DNA from: a virus
Lineage: Duplodnaviria > Caudoviricetes
DNA length: 35,761 nt
IMG/VR virus record: IMGVR_UViG_3300020042_010683
Span: 1-35,761 of that record
Direction: 5' to 3' (one strand)
This document shows, in pieces, positions 8,841 to 18,821 of this stretch. The position numbers and the translations under genes are program-made. A model generated the notes under the pieces. The model did not search any database. It saw only the letters and a program-made list of their open reading frames with translations, and had not been told where the DNA came from. Numbering within the stretch: position 1 is the stretch's first letter; every line of letters starts with the position of its first letter.

Positions 8841-9107
8841 ATGAAAAGTCACGTTAAAGAAATACTGATCGGCGAAACTCTAGTCGAGATTAAGTCTCGG
8901 ACAGATGAGCGTTATCCATCAGGTTGGTCGGTAATCGCATTTACTCCTGAGCTGTCTATACGCAGCACCAAATTACACCGACCATCTGGGCGCACTGCAT
9001 TCATCAATGCAATCCTTGGAGCGTGTAAGATGAATGATGAGTCCCAGCAAAAGATCGAGGCCTTCCAGCGAGCTCTAATAGTTCTAATAAACGAGGCCAC
9101 CTCGTAA
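8841..9107 (+). CDS. Hypothetical protein (88 aa)
   Basis: Co-oriented ORF filling the gap between the resolvase and helicase genes. Confidence 0.6.
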   Translation: MKSHVKEILIGETLVEIKSRTDERYPSGWSVIAFTPELSIRSTKLHRPSGRTAFINAILGACKMNDESQQKIEAFQRALIVLINEATS

Positions 9108-9141
9108 ACAGATCCCACCAAAAAATGAAGAAAAAGAAAAA

Positions 9142-10437
9142 ATGAAGACGTTATATCCTAAACAAAAAGAAGCACACGACTTTTTTGTATCGTGCCTAAA
9201 CCAGAACGTAAACACCTTAGACACCTCAGATGTAGGCACGGGCAAGACAATCGTCGCCTGCCACATTGCAAATACGCTAGGCAAACCGTTCTTCGTAATT
9301 TGCCCAAAGGCAGTCATCCCATCATGGGAACGCGAAGCTGCCGCTTGTGGGCTGAAGCCGTTGTTCGTTATGAACTATGAAAAACTACGAACAGGCAAGA
9401 CCCCATGGCTAATAAAGCGTGGTAAGAAAATATTCAACTGGAAGCTACCAGAGGGTGCAGTTGGATTCATCGACGAGTGTCACAAGGCAAAGAATCCATA
9501 CACGCAAAACGCGCAGATGGTAATTGCCCTGCACAAAGACAAGTTTCGGATACACTTGATGTCAGCTACATCAGCTAAAGACCCCACAGAGATGAGAGCA
9601 CTTGGCTATGCCCTTGGGTTACATTCGCTGAATGAGGCGAAAGCGCCACTCAAAAGCTGGTATGGCTGGATGATGGAACATGGTTGTTTGCAAAATGAAT
9701 GGGGTGCATGGGAGCTACGCAAGCGTGACAAGCTTAAACTTCTGCGCGATAAGCTCTACACCCGCAACGCGAAACGACTTACTGTCGAGGACTTCCCAGA
9801 TTCGTTCCGCAAGAACAGGGTCTTTGTTGAGAACATTGAGTTTTCCAACCTCAGCAAAATACACGCAGCCTACAAGAGCCTCAACATTACACCAGAGATC
9901 ATCGAGCGATACATCGAGCTGGGCACAGTAGAAGACAGTGAGCACGTCCTCGTGAACCTGCTTCGAGCCAGACAGCTCGCCGAGTCATTCAAGGTGAACG
10001 ACATAGCCGAAATGGTGTCCGAGCTCTTACTAGAACAGGTAAGTGTTGTTGTCTTTATGAACTTCCGCGAGACTGCCGAGGCGCTTGCACTTGCGCTACA
10101 TTGCGAAAAGATCGTTGGTGGACAGTCGACTGCCGAGAGACAGAAGATCATTGATGACTTCCAATCCGATAAGACGAATGTGATTGTCGTCAACATCGCT
10201 GCTGGTGGCACAGGCATTAGCCTGCACGACCTGAACGGAAACAGATCACGGGTATCCTTGATTTGCCCCACGTTCAACGACAAAGACTACATGCAAGCAC
10301 TCGGCCGTATCCACCGCAATGGTGCAAAAAGTGATGCCGTGCAAAAGATTTTAGTTGCCAACGGGACAGTCGAAGAAGTAGTCATTGAGTCCATCCAGAA
10401 AAAGATCGCCAACCATAACATGCTCCATGAAAAGTAA
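9142..10437 (+). CDS. Superfamily 2 (SNF2-like) helicase
   Basis: LYPKQ, DVGTGKT, DECH, SAT, GGTGISL and QALGRIHRNG motifs. Confidence 0.92.
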   Translation: MKTLYPKQKEAHDFFVSCLNQNVNTLDTSDVGTGKTIVACHIANTLGKPFFVICPKAVIPSWEREAAACGLKPLFVMNYEKLRTGKTPWLIKRGKKIFNWKLPEGAVGFIDECHKAKNPYTQNAQMVIALHKDKFRIHLMSATSAKDPTEMRALGYALGLHSLNEAKAPLKSWYGWMMEHGCLQNEWGAWELRKRDKLKLLRDKLYTRNAKRLTVEDFPDSFRKNRVFVENIEFSNLSKIHAAYKSLNITPEIIERYIELGTVEDSEHVLVNLLRARQLAESFKVNDIAEMVSELLLEQVSVVVFMNFRETAEALALALHCEKIVGGQSTAERQKIIDDFQSDKTNVIVVNIAAGGTGISLHDLNGNRSRVSLICPTFNDKDYMQALGRIHRNGAKSDAVQKILVANGTVEEVVIESIQKKIANHNMLHEK

Positions 10438-10699
10438 ATCACAAATAGAACAGAAATTAGAAGACGCAGGTTACGATGCCAACGAATTATTGATCATGGA
10501 TGGATATGATGATTGTATCGTCGGAGTCGTTACCCGCATGGGACAAAGCCCAATCGTATGTTATGACTCCACCAAGATTATCTCGTCGCTAGTCAGCCAA
10601 GGCATGACCGAAGAAGAGGCAGAAGAATATTTCCAATTCAATCAATTGGGAGCTTGGGTCGGTGAACATACACCTTGTTTTTTAACTCCATTAGACTAA
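10427..10699 (+). CDS. Hypothetical phage protein (90 aa)
   Basis: In-frame ATG 10427; DGYDDCIVG...EEAEEYFQFNQLGAWVGEHTPCF resembles a small protein recurrent in aquatic phages. Confidence 0.7.
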   Translation: MKSKSQIEQKLEDAGYDANELLIMDGYDDCIVGVVTRMGQSPIVCYDSTKIISSLVSQGMTEEEAEEYFQFNQLGAWVGEHTPCFLTPLD

Positions 10700-10703
10700 C
10701 ACC

Positions 10704-11003
10704 ATGATACAAAATATCAACTATACGACCATCGAATCTACCGTCTGTCTGCAACACCGCTTGTTCACCCCTCAATATGGTGAACCCCTTGATTGCTCAC
10801 AAACCGCAACCAACCAAGTGATCAATACGTTGCGCATCGTAGAAACAGCTATTAACGAAGCTATCAAGGCGGGATCAGAAAGTATTAAGCTGGCTTATAT
10901 AAATATCCCAGATCTTGATAGAAATCCAGATGGTATGCTCGGGGGTGTGCGCGTTGTGGGATACCGCACGAAGACAGAATCCGAACAAAAACTACCCACT
11001 TAA
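10704..11003 (+). CDS. Hypothetical protein (99 aa)
   Basis: Tightly packed co-oriented ORF. Confidence 0.6.
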   Translation: MIQNINYTTIESTVCLQHRLFTPQYGEPLDCSQTATNQVINTLRIVETAINEAIKAGSESIKLAYINIPDLDRNPDGMLGGVRVVGYRTKTESEQKLPT

Positions 11004-11018
11004 CATGTCACAACAATT

Positions 11019-12146
11019 ATGAGTATAGAAAACGTAAACCACACAGATAGAGGCCATGCCGAATTTTCGCCATCGAGCCTGAAGTATGTAGCCCAGTGCG
11101 CAGGATACCAAGGCAAAAGCGGAAATTCAGCAGCCTCCGAAATGGGGACGCGCATCCACGAAGCATTGGAAGTCAGAGACCCATCTGCGCTGCACAGCCA
11201 ACAGGAAGTAGAAATATACCAGCAGATCGTTGAGATGGAGGCTGAGTTCATGTCGAACTTTGAAGCAATAGCGGAGGAGCTCAATGAGATCCAAGTCACT
11301 GTAGAATTGATTGGAACTAAAACATGGGGAACATGTGACCGTCTGTTGATTCTCGGAGATGGCAGTGAAGCAGTAATGGCTGACTACAAAACAGGTATCT
11401 CGATTATTGATCCACCAGATAAGAACTTCCAAGCGAAGGCGTATACAATTGGAGCTTTCCAGAAATACCCGCAGCTGAACAAGATCGTATTTGTCTTCTA
11501 CGTCCCACAGCACAACCAATCGTTACACCATACCTTTACCCGCTCAGACCTACCGAGCCTCGTGCAGGAGCTCAGCACTATCGTGACAACTGCAGAGCGC
11601 GTTCGGCCGAAGTGGTCGAAAGGCACAATGGATATCGATGATTGCACACCGAGCCAATATTGCCGCTTCTGCAAACATGAAGATGGTTGTCCTGCCCTCG
11701 GCGGATTGAGCATTGCTGTTGCTAAGAAAATCAACAGCTCGCTACCAGATGTCGACCTATCAGATCTTGAAAATAAAGAACACTTACCTGAGCTGTATCA
11801 TATTGCCAAGATCGTAGAGAACTGGGCTGCAGCTGTCAAAGAGCGCACCCTCGCTGCACTGAAAAATGGTGAGGCGTTAGAAGGTCTCAAGCTCCGCTCA
11901 ATGGGTAAAGTCAAGTCCGTCACAGATAACATGACGTTGATCGAAATCGCCAAATCATATGGCGTTGATATGGAGGACATCCTCAAAGAAGCAAATTTCC
12001 CACTCGGAAAAATGGCTGAAGCTGTAGGTTCTTTGGGTGTTGGAAAAACTAAAAAAGAAAAAAAAGAAAAATTTCTTGACGCCTGCCAAGATGCGGGTAT
12101 TATCGCGCTCTCCGACGAACGATTCACAATCGCAAGTCTGACCTAA
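11019..12146 (+). CDS. PD-(D/E)xK exonuclease, DUF2800/Cas4-like
   Basis: HAEFSPSS, GTRIHEALE, WGTCD, DYKTG and QAKAY motifs. Cys pattern of one N-terminal Cys plus CRFC-x5-CP. Confidence 0.85.
   Translation: MSIENVNHTDRGHAEFSPSSLKYVAQCAGYQGKSGNSAASEMGTRIHEALEVRDPSALHSQQEVEIYQQIVEMEAEFMSNFEAIAEELNEIQVTVELIGTKTWGTCDRLLILGDGSEAVMADYKTGISIIDPPDKNFQAKAYTIGAFQKYPQLNKIVFVFYVPQHNQSLHHTFTRSDLPSLVQELSTIVTTAERVRPKWSKGTMDIDDCTPSQYCRFCKHEDGCPALGGLSIAVAKKINSSLPDVDLSDLENKEHLPELYHIAKIVENWAAAVKERTLAALKNGEALEGLKLRSMGKVKSVTDNMTLIEIAKSYGVDMEDILKEANFPLGKMAEAVGSLGVGKTKKEKKEKFLDACQDAGIIALSDERFTIASLT
12076..12103 (+). promoter_or_regulatory. Sigma70-like promoter inside the 3' end of the nuclease gene
   Basis: TTGACG(12076-12081)-16-TATTAT(12098-12103), upstream of the SSB-like gene. 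Confidence 0.55.
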
Positions 12147-12173
12147 ACCAATAACACCAAACTAATACCATAT

Positions 12174-12848
12174 ATGTCTAAAGACAATAATACCGCTGAA
12201 GCGGACACGCAGGTTGCAGAAATCACTGCAAAAAACACAGCACTGAGCACTACCGTAAACGGAGGAATGCAAATTGATGCAGAAGATATCGATATCCCAC
12301 GCATCAACGTAATCCAAAAGATGAGTCAGATTGATGCCCCTGTTGGCTCAATCGTCGTCAACAAAACGGATGTCGTCGCTCTTGCTGATCAACCCGTAGA
12401 AGTCATTGTGGCTTCTGCTCAAAAAGGCTGGAGACAAGACATTCCCTTTGAAGAGGAAACTGTCCCACAAATCGCATGGTCGAAAGAACGCGCAGATGCT
12501 ATCGCACTTGATGGTGACTATGAGATGATCGAGTTCGCTGAGATCACGATGCTCATCAAACAACCTGAAGGCAATACTGATGACGATGCTTATCCATTCC
12601 CAATCGGTGGTGATAACTATGCAATTGGTCGCATCAACGTCTCCAAGAATGCCTATCGCAGCACCTACAAATGCCTCGCGACTTTCGCAGCATTTAACAA
12701 AGGTGTTTCGTTGTCTGGTCGAATCTGGTCTCTCAAGAGTTCCAGCATGAGCAAAGGCAAATACAGTTGGTTCAGCCCATCGCTGACTATCACCAAGAAT
12801 ACACCAGAGCCAGAAGTTCTAGAATTCTTAGCTAGCTTCGGTGGATAA
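12174..12848 (+). CDS. Putative single-stranded DNA-binding protein
   Basis: Position between exonuclease and polymerase; EDIDIPRINVIQKMS and KGKYSWF segments resemble phage SSB-like proteins. Confidence 0.5.
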   Translation: MSKDNNTAEADTQVAEITAKNTALSTTVNGGMQIDAEDIDIPRINVIQKMSQIDAPVGSIVVNKTDVVALADQPVEVIVASAQKGWRQDIPFEEETVPQIAWSKERADAIALDGDYEMIEFAEITMLIKQPEGNTDDDAYPFPIGGDNYAIGRINVSKNAYRSTYKCLATFAAFNKGVSLSGRIWSLKSSSMSKGKYSWFSPSLTITKNTPEPEVLEFLASFGG

Positions 12849-12874
12849 TAACTTAACCAATAGAGTCTGAAATT

Positions 12875-13123
12875 ATGTCACAAGAAGAAAAAGCAAAAAT
12901 CATCGCTGGCGAGATTGCACAAGTCGAAGCACAGCTTAACGAGATGAAGAAGCAGAAACAACAACTGCAACAAATCATCTCTACATTTGAAGTTATTCGC
13001 GAAACCTATCAAGCATTCCTTGATAGCACAAATGCAGGACAACTCGAACTCGATCTCTATCCTGAGGCTGAGCAAGAGAAAATCGCCGAGCTTTATCCAA
13101 ATATGGCAGAAGCCACTAAATAA
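12875..13123 (+). CDS. Small coiled-coil hypothetical protein (82 aa)
   Basis: ORF track; heptad-like Q/E/K-rich segment. Confidence 0.7.
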   Translation: MSQEEKAKIIAGEIAQVEAQLNEMKKQKQQLQQIISTFEVIRETYQAFLDSTNAGQLELDLYPEAEQEKIAELYPNMAEATK

Positions 13124-13138
13124 ACACTAACCAACCTT

Positions 13139-13173
13139 AGCCCACTCCGCCCAATTTTCCAGCGGAGTGGGCT
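13139..13173 (+). terminator. 12-bp perfect stem-loop before the DNA polymerase gene (leaky terminator or processing site)
   Basis: AGCCCACTCCGC-11 nt loop-GCGGAGTGGGCT followed by a weak U-tract (TAACTTT). Confidence 0.55.
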
Positions 13174-13190
13174 TAACTTTGAACAAAATT

Positions 13191-14951
13191 ATGGAAACCT
13201 ACGCACTAGACTTTGAAACATATTACGACAAGCACTGTTCTATAAAGACGCTTGGCACACTGGGATACTTTTCGCATCCCGATTTTGACGCTTACATGAT
13301 ATCTATCGTGGGCGATAATGGATTCAGCTACGTTGGACACCCAGCGAAGTTTGATTGGAACATCCTAAACGGAGCTACTGTTCTTAGCCACAATGCAAGC
13401 TTTGACGAAACCCTCTATCTCTACGGTGTTAACCAAGGATGGTGGCCTAAGGTTGAAGTCTATGCTTGGCACTGCACAGCCGACATGGCTGCTGCTTGTG
13501 GTCTCCCGCGATCACTGAAGAATGCTTCTGCGCAAGCGTTCAATCTGGAAGTGTCGAAAGAGACACGTAACCTGATGGCTGGTAAACGCTGGGAAACAAT
13601 GTCTGTAGAATTTCAAGATGAGGTGACAGAATATGCTCTGAAAGACTCGGAGTTGTGCTTGAGACTCTGGCAAGAATATGCACCCAAATGGAGTCAGTTC
13701 GAGCAAGAGATAAGTCACATGAACCGTAAAGTAGTTCAGCGCGGGTTACCAATCGATATCTCGTTGATGGAGGAGAACCTAGGTAAAGTCCGCAAGGCTC
13801 TATTCGAAGCCGAGCAGAATATACCTTGGAGCGGAGATAAGCCGCTGCTCAGCCGCAAAGCATTCGATGAGGAATGTATTCGAATCGGCATTGAGCCACC
13901 AGCATCCCTTGCTGCGACTAATGCCGAGGCACAGGACTGGTTACGGATTAACGGTTCTAAATACAAATGGATCGAGTCAGTTATCAACTGGCGTCGAATC
14001 AATACTATCCTCTCTAAGCTCGAGAGCTTTGATGCTGCTACGATGCCTGATGGGCGATACTACGGTAGTATAATGTATTTCGGCGGACACACTGGTCGCT
14101 TCAGCGGTAGTGGTGGAAATCTCAACTTGCAGAACCTGCCCCGTAACGAAATGTTCGGCGCTAACATTAGGCACATGATTGCTGCTCCAGCTGGTAAGAA
14201 GCTAGTCGCTGCTGACTTGTCTAACATTGAGGTGCGAACACTATGCTGGCTAGCAGGTGACCGCGATACACTCACAGAGATTGCGACAACACCAGACATC
14301 TACGAGGCCTTTGCAATTCGATTTGGCTTGTGGTCAAAAGAGCGTGGTCTACTCAAGACCGACCCAGCACTACGACATAAGGTCAAAGCACTTGTATTAG
14401 GTTGTGGCTATGGCGCGGGTGCAGCTAAGTTTGCTGAGATGTATGATATGCCATTCGATGAGGCGGCAGAAGCTGTTAACCTATATCGAACCAAGCTACA
14501 TAAGATCCCATCCTACTGGACAAAATTGAACAACGATCTGCGTTCTACTTACACGGTAGCTGAACCATATACGATCAAGCTGGCTTCAGGTAGGTCTCTC
14601 AAATACGGTAAGCTCAAAGCTACCAAAGACGGGACTGGTCGAATCCAATATGTTGCAATCATGAATCGCAACGGCAAACGACTACCCATGAAACTGTGGG
14701 GAGGAATTTTGGCCGAGAATGCGAGTCAGGCAATGGCACGAGATATTCTTTGCCACATGATGCTCGAGCTTGAAAAAGCTGGCATCAATGTAATTCTTCA
14801 CGTTCACGACGAAATCGTTGCGGAGTGTGATGAGCAGGATGCTGAGGAGGTGCTCAAGACCATGAGCAGGATCATGTCTACACCACCATCATGGTGTTCA
14901 GATCTACCATTGGCATGTGAGGGATATATCAGTCAAGTCTACAAAAAATAA
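13191..14951 (+). CDS. polA: DNA polymerase, family A, with 3'-5' exonuclease domain
   Basis: Exonuclease motifs LDFETY, HNASFD, YALKD. Polymerase motifs TGRFS, NLQNLP, A (ADLSNIEVR), B (RHKVKALVLGCGYG), C (HVHDEI). Confidence 0.96.
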   Translation: METYALDFETYYDKHCSIKTLGTLGYFSHPDFDAYMISIVGDNGFSYVGHPAKFDWNILNGATVLSHNASFDETLYLYGVNQGWWPKVEVYAWHCTADMAAACGLPRSLKNASAQAFNLEVSKETRNLMAGKRWETMSVEFQDEVTEYALKDSELCLRLWQEYAPKWSQFEQEISHMNRKVVQRGLPIDISLMEENLGKVRKALFEAEQNIPWSGDKPLLSRKAFDEECIRIGIEPPASLAATNAEAQDWLRINGSKYKWIESVINWRRINTILSKLESFDAATMPDGRYYGSIMYFGGHTGRFSGSGGNLNLQNLPRNEMFGANIRHMIAAPAGKKLVAADLSNIEVRTLCWLAGDRDTLTEIATTPDIYEAFAIRFGLWSKERGLLKTDPALRHKVKALVLGCGYGAGAAKFAEMYDMPFDEAAEAVNLYRTKLHKIPSYWTKLNNDLRSTYTVAEPYTIKLASGRSLKYGKLKATKDGTGRIQYVAIMNRNGKRLPMKLWGGILAENASQAMARDILCHMMLELEKAGINVILHVHDEIVAECDEQDAEEVLKTMSRIMSTPPSWCSDLPLACEGYISQVYKK

Positions 14952-14964
14952 ACCACTCCGACTT

Positions 14965-17139
14965 ATGATGTCTTATAGATATATCAAAAATCTCCGTGAC
15001 GCCAAGGCGAACAAAGTGAGCGATCTCAGCAAGAATACGTCCGTAGTTCCGCCGTTCCCAACAAAGCAAGCATACAGACAATGGTGCGCTGACATAAAAA
15101 CGGATCACGTCTTTTACAGCACATGTGAAGGACGTGCGCCGAGCAAGCGTATCAGCAACGACAACCCAGTAAACAAGATCTATGGTGTCGTAGCTGACTA
15201 TGATGCGGCTGTAGACTGGAAGACATTGGACGACGATATTCTCGCTCGCTTCGGTGTTAACCAGCCTACATGGAAAACCAAGACCCAGTCTGGATACATG
15301 CGCTTGATCTGGGAATTCGCCGAGCCCATACCTATTGCTCCTGAGCTCTTTGACACCTTCATGAAATACATGGAGAAGTCATTGAAACTCAGTCGTGCAT
15401 TCGCTGGCTTCGATAGCACATCCCTGAGGGCTAATCAATACTTCGAACTCGGTTGCGAGTGGTCACAGGTCAACGGTCAGCTCGACGGTAACTTTGTGCA
15501 GGGAGTCCTTGCAAAAGCTGCTGCTGAGAAACCACCACAGTCTTCGGAGACTTCCATTCCAATCGATGTCATCGCAGCTGAGGTTGAAAAACGATTCCCG
15601 AATCGCTGGGTCGGAGACTTCGAAGTTGGTTCGAGGGGCTGCCTATTCTGGATCGATGACGGAATCGACCGCGATGGTTGCCAAGTCGTTGATGACGGTA
15701 TGGTCTGCTACAGTGACCGTGCTGGAAAAGGCTTCGTAACGTGGGCTGAGATCTTTGGCTCGTCGTTCACGAAAGACTTTGAGCACAAGAAGCTGTCCAC
15801 TCTTCTGGACGAGTATTGGTTCAACGGACGTAGCTTCTTCAAAGTGCTACACAACAGTGCGGTTACAATACCCAAAGATCAGCTCATGCTAGAGTTACGC
15901 CAAGCAGGCTTCAGCACAAAGCACAAGCAGGGTCAGGCCTTGTCAGAAATCGAGAGCGCTATTCTCGTCATCAGTAACCAGAATCGGATTGATGAGATCG
16001 CACCTGTTGTGTTCTCACCAGACCGAGTTGTATCCTACAACGGTAGCCGAATCCTGAACTGTGCAAACAACCAACCTGTTGAACCAGACACAGATGGTGA
16101 TCCGTCAAAGTGGCCATTCCTCCACAAATGGTTGAATCAGTTGTTCGAGAATAGTGGGACGATTGAATCGATCCAGTATTTCTATGCATGGTTGAAGCGC
16201 TTCTACATGGCTGCTTACAATCGCAAGTTCATGCAGGGTCAAGCATTCGTCTTGGTAGGGGCGACTGGACGAGGTAAATCTCTTCTGTCAAACCGAGTCA
16301 TCGGCACATTGGTAGGTGGGTTTGCGGACGCCAGCGATTACATCAGCGGACAGACTAAGTTCAACAAAGACTTGGGACGTGTAGCCGCATGGGTGATCGA
16401 TGATACCACATCGGCTGCATCCTTTCAGGATCAGCGTAAGGCTACAGAGTTGCTCAAGCGCTCAGTAGCTAACCCACGGGTTGAGTATCAAGCCAAGTAT
16501 GCAGATGCGCTCTCAGTGCCATGGACTGGACGAGTAATTCTGTCACTCAACATGGATGCCAACAGTCTGTCCGTTATTCCTTCGCTCGATAGCAGCAATA
16601 GAGATAAGCTCATTGCGCTCCGAGTGCGAGATAATGCGACGACTGACTTCCCTGACAATCAGGTTCTAGAGCAGATGATTCTCGATGAGCTGCCACATTT
16701 CGCCCGCTTCCTACTGGACTTCGTTGTTCCTGCTGGAGTGCGCGATGTCGGCCGATTCGGTGTGCAGAGCTTCATTGACCCATCGATTGCTGATGCTGCC
16801 TACGACAACAGTCACCGCAGTGCCATCGCAGAGTTGGTAGAGTTCTTCGCCAAGCGCTGCCGAGACATCAATGAGAACATGCAAATCTGGCGTGGGACAC
16901 TCACTGAGTTCCAAGTTGCATTGCATGATTTCAACAATGGACGCAGCGTAGGTATGAGCAGCAACCTTGAGTTCGTTCGCCGAGGCATGAGCACTCTGGA
17001 AGAAGCCAGTAAGGTCAACTCGCGTATCCGCCCGATCAGATCGAGTGGTCACGGTGGTGGTAAGATCTGGCAAATCAATCTGCAGGAGCAGTATGACATG
17101 ACTACGGATGATCGCGATCTCCTAGTTGTCGAGGACTGA
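14965..17139 (+). CDS. Primase-helicase (AEP-like N-terminus plus SF3/D5-like ATPase)
   Basis: VVADYD and TQSGYMRLIW in the N-terminal domain; Walker A GATGRGKS, Walker B WVIDD and motif C ILSLN. Confidence 0.82.
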   Translation: MMSYRYIKNLRDAKANKVSDLSKNTSVVPPFPTKQAYRQWCADIKTDHVFYSTCEGRAPSKRISNDNPVNKIYGVVADYDAAVDWKTLDDDILARFGVNQPTWKTKTQSGYMRLIWEFAEPIPIAPELFDTFMKYMEKSLKLSRAFAGFDSTSLRANQYFELGCEWSQVNGQLDGNFVQGVLAKAAAEKPPQSSETSIPIDVIAAEVEKRFPNRWVGDFEVGSRGCLFWIDDGIDRDGCQVVDDGMVCYSDRAGKGFVTWAEIFGSSFTKDFEHKKLSTLLDEYWFNGRSFFKVLHNSAVTIPKDQLMLELRQAGFSTKHKQGQALSEIESAILVISNQNRIDEIAPVVFSPDRVVSYNGSRILNCANNQPVEPDTDGDPSKWPFLHKWLNQLFENSGTIESIQYFYAWLKRFYMAAYNRKFMQGQAFVLVGATGRGKSLLSNRVIGTLVGGFADASDYISGQTKFNKDLGRVAAWVIDDTTSAASFQDQRKATELLKRSVANPRVEYQAKYADALSVPWTGRVILSLNMDANSLSVIPSLDSSNRDKLIALRVRDNATTDFPDNQVLEQMILDELPHFARFLLDFVVPAGVRDVGRFGVQSFIDPSIADAAYDNSHRSAIAELVEFFAKRCRDINENMQIWRGTLTEFQVALHDFNNGRSVGMSSNLEFVRRGMSTLEEASKVNSRIRPIRSSGHGGGKIWQINLQEQYDMTTDDRDLLVVED

Positions 17140-17154
17140 TCAACTGCAAAAGAC

Positions 17155-17189
17155 AAACCCCGTTGTGCAAAATGCGCAGCGGGGTTTTT
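17155..17189 (+). terminator. Intrinsic terminator at the end of the replication block
   Basis: AAACCCCGTTGTGCA/TGCGCAGCGGGGTTT stem followed by a T-tract, between convergent gene blocks. Confidence 0.8.
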
Positions 17190-17232
17190 ACTTTAGTATA
17201 AGATGTGTAGCGTAGGTCAAGGATGGTTTGAC

Positions 17233-17583
17233 CTATTCAACAAAAACTGATTTGTTCGCCGCGATTTGCTTGCGAGCATGTTCAATAGCCTTCTGCATGA
17301 TTAGTTCAGGTATCTCACCTTTGCTAGAAATGACTTTCTTCATCGCCTCGATTTCCGCTGGTGTCAGCGTAGGAACGAGCGTAGGAAAATCTACGCGCTG
17401 CCCATTTACTTTTACGGCATCAGATTGAGTCGTGTATTCCGTGGCTACGTTACCACCACCCAAGTCAATGACACCTAGCCAGCCTTTGCCTTTCTTTGTC
17501 CCGTCATTACGTTTACCATAATCTGCAGCAGGCTGTGTCAGCCGTTTCTCGACTGCTTGTTGGAAGTTAGTTGGGTTTGGCAT
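17233..17583 (-). CDS. Hypothetical protein (116 aa)
   Basis: ORF track; last gene of the structural block. Confidence 0.75.
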   Translation of the reverse strand: MPNPTNFQQAVEKRLTQPAADYGKRNDGTKKGKGWLGVIDLGGGNVATEYTTQSDAVKVNGQRVDFPTLVPTLTPAEIEAMKKVISSKGEIPELIMQKAIEHARKQIAANKSVFVE

Positions 17584-17615
17584 ATGCTCGAATTGGTGTT
17601 TAGGAAGTCTCTCGG

Positions 17616-18563
17616 TTACATGATATTCGGAACGCGACTTTGATTGCCTGCTGGAGCTAGCCTGATTTTTGGCTTCACTGCTCCACGAGTTTCGTCAAGT
17701 TCATCTTCTAGCAACTGTTTGCAAATCGACCAGTGATACTGTGCGCGTTCCAAGTCAGCGTTGTCTTCAGCAAGAAGACCTAGCAAGCCGTGCTTGATAG
17801 CGTTTATGTTACCGAGGTATATGAAATCGGATTCCACAAATACGGGCTCCCATAATCTCTTAAGCAACAGTCTAATCCCACGGGTTACTGCAGAAGGGTT
17901 TGCAAAGCGGAATCGGCGATAACGGGATACCCCGTCACCGCGAACGATGGCTAGCGTAGTTGCAACAGCGTCATTCGTAGCAACTTTGACGGGGACATAG
18001 ACGCTTTCGAAGAAGATAGAAGTAATCTCGACCCACGTAGAATGAGCGCTAAGTAATTGTGCTGAGCCATTCAGGGCAAAGGTTTCAGATGTCTTAATCG
18101 TCTTGTCTGTATTAGACCCATTGCTGCGCCACCCCTCGACCACAATTGTGCCCTCGCTAGGGAGGGTCGTATTAGGAGTGATCGGCTTAATAGCAAACTG
18201 GAAAAGATTTGCTGTGGATTCTACGACGATGTCTTCTTTGACTGCTGACCAGCCATCATCTACGACACCAAAGATCGGAGCAACACCTTCGCGAGCATAG
18301 CCACCGATTCGGTAGTCATGCCAACGTGCCTGCATATCTACTGGAGCATCATCGAGCATCGCTCCCAACAAACCAGCAGCATGTTCTGGGAGGGAGAAAT
18401 AATCGTTGTCCGTTTCGATAGTCCAATCAAAAACCAAGTCACGCCACATGCCAGTAGCGTATAGCCTAGGCATGACCATATTGAGTTTGGACACAATATC
18501 TTCATCTGGGCGGACATATGCAGATAAAGCTTTCGTTATTGCTTTTACGGTCAGAGCTGGCAT
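17616..18563 (-). CDS. Putative head-tail adaptor / tail tubular protein
   Basis: Helical N- and C-termini (KLNMVMPRLY...W; AIKHGLLG...AQYHW) flank a beta-rich middle, as in podovirus adaptors. Start ATG 18563. Confidence 0.55.
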   Translation of the reverse strand: MPALTVKAITKALSAYVRPDEDIVSKLNMVMPRLYATGMWRDLVFDWTIETDNDYFSLPEHAAGLLGAMLDDAPVDMQARWHDYRIGGYAREGVAPIFGVVDDGWSAVKEDIVVESTANLFQFAIKPITPNTTLPSEGTIVVEGWRSNGSNTDKTIKTSETFALNGSAQLLSAHSTWVEITSIFFESVYVPVKVATNDAVATTLAIVRGDGVSRYRRFRFANPSAVTRGIRLLLKRLWEPVFVESDFIYLGNINAIKHGLLGLLAEDNADLERAQYHWSICKQLLEDELDETRGAVKPKIRLAPAGNQSRVPNIM

Positions 18564-18569
18564 CAACAA

Positions 18570-18598
18570 AAAGTAATGGTATTAGACCAAAAAGTCAA
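18570..18598 (-). promoter_or_regulatory. Sigma70-like promoter, predicted leaderless
   Basis: TTGACT(18598-18593)-17-TACTTT(18575-18570), 6 nt before ATG 18563. Confidence 0.6.
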
Positions 18599-18821
18599 TA
18601 AGATTATAGTAGCTTTTAGGGTTACAGAATCCGATGCCCAATTCAAAAGTAGGTTCAATCGTTCAATTTCCAGACTCTTAAGTATTTTTTTGTCTTTAAC
18701 TTTCAACCTGAGAGTAGGTGAGTGCTGGCATGGCGGGAGTGTAGTTCTTATCTGATTTGGTGTCAACCTATTATGGATTACGTTTCTCCTTACAGTTGGG
18801 TTTTATAGGCTTAGTGTAGGA

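Noticed and set aside
11019-12146. Cas4-like nuclease as evidence of a CRISPR-Cas system
   Set aside because: No cas1/cas2 or effector genes; it sits in a standard nuclease-SSB-polymerase replication cluster.
15280-15315. Primase motif II has Arg (SGYMRL) where many AEPs have His, suggesting inactivation
   Set aside because: Several AEP-related phage primase families vary at this position; the DxD motif and ATPase motifs are intact.
18600-18821. AT-rich gap with a 67-aa TTG-start ORF (18563..18766)
   Set aside because: It overlaps the promoter and start of the next gene, and I saw no motif, repeat or convincing RNA structure.
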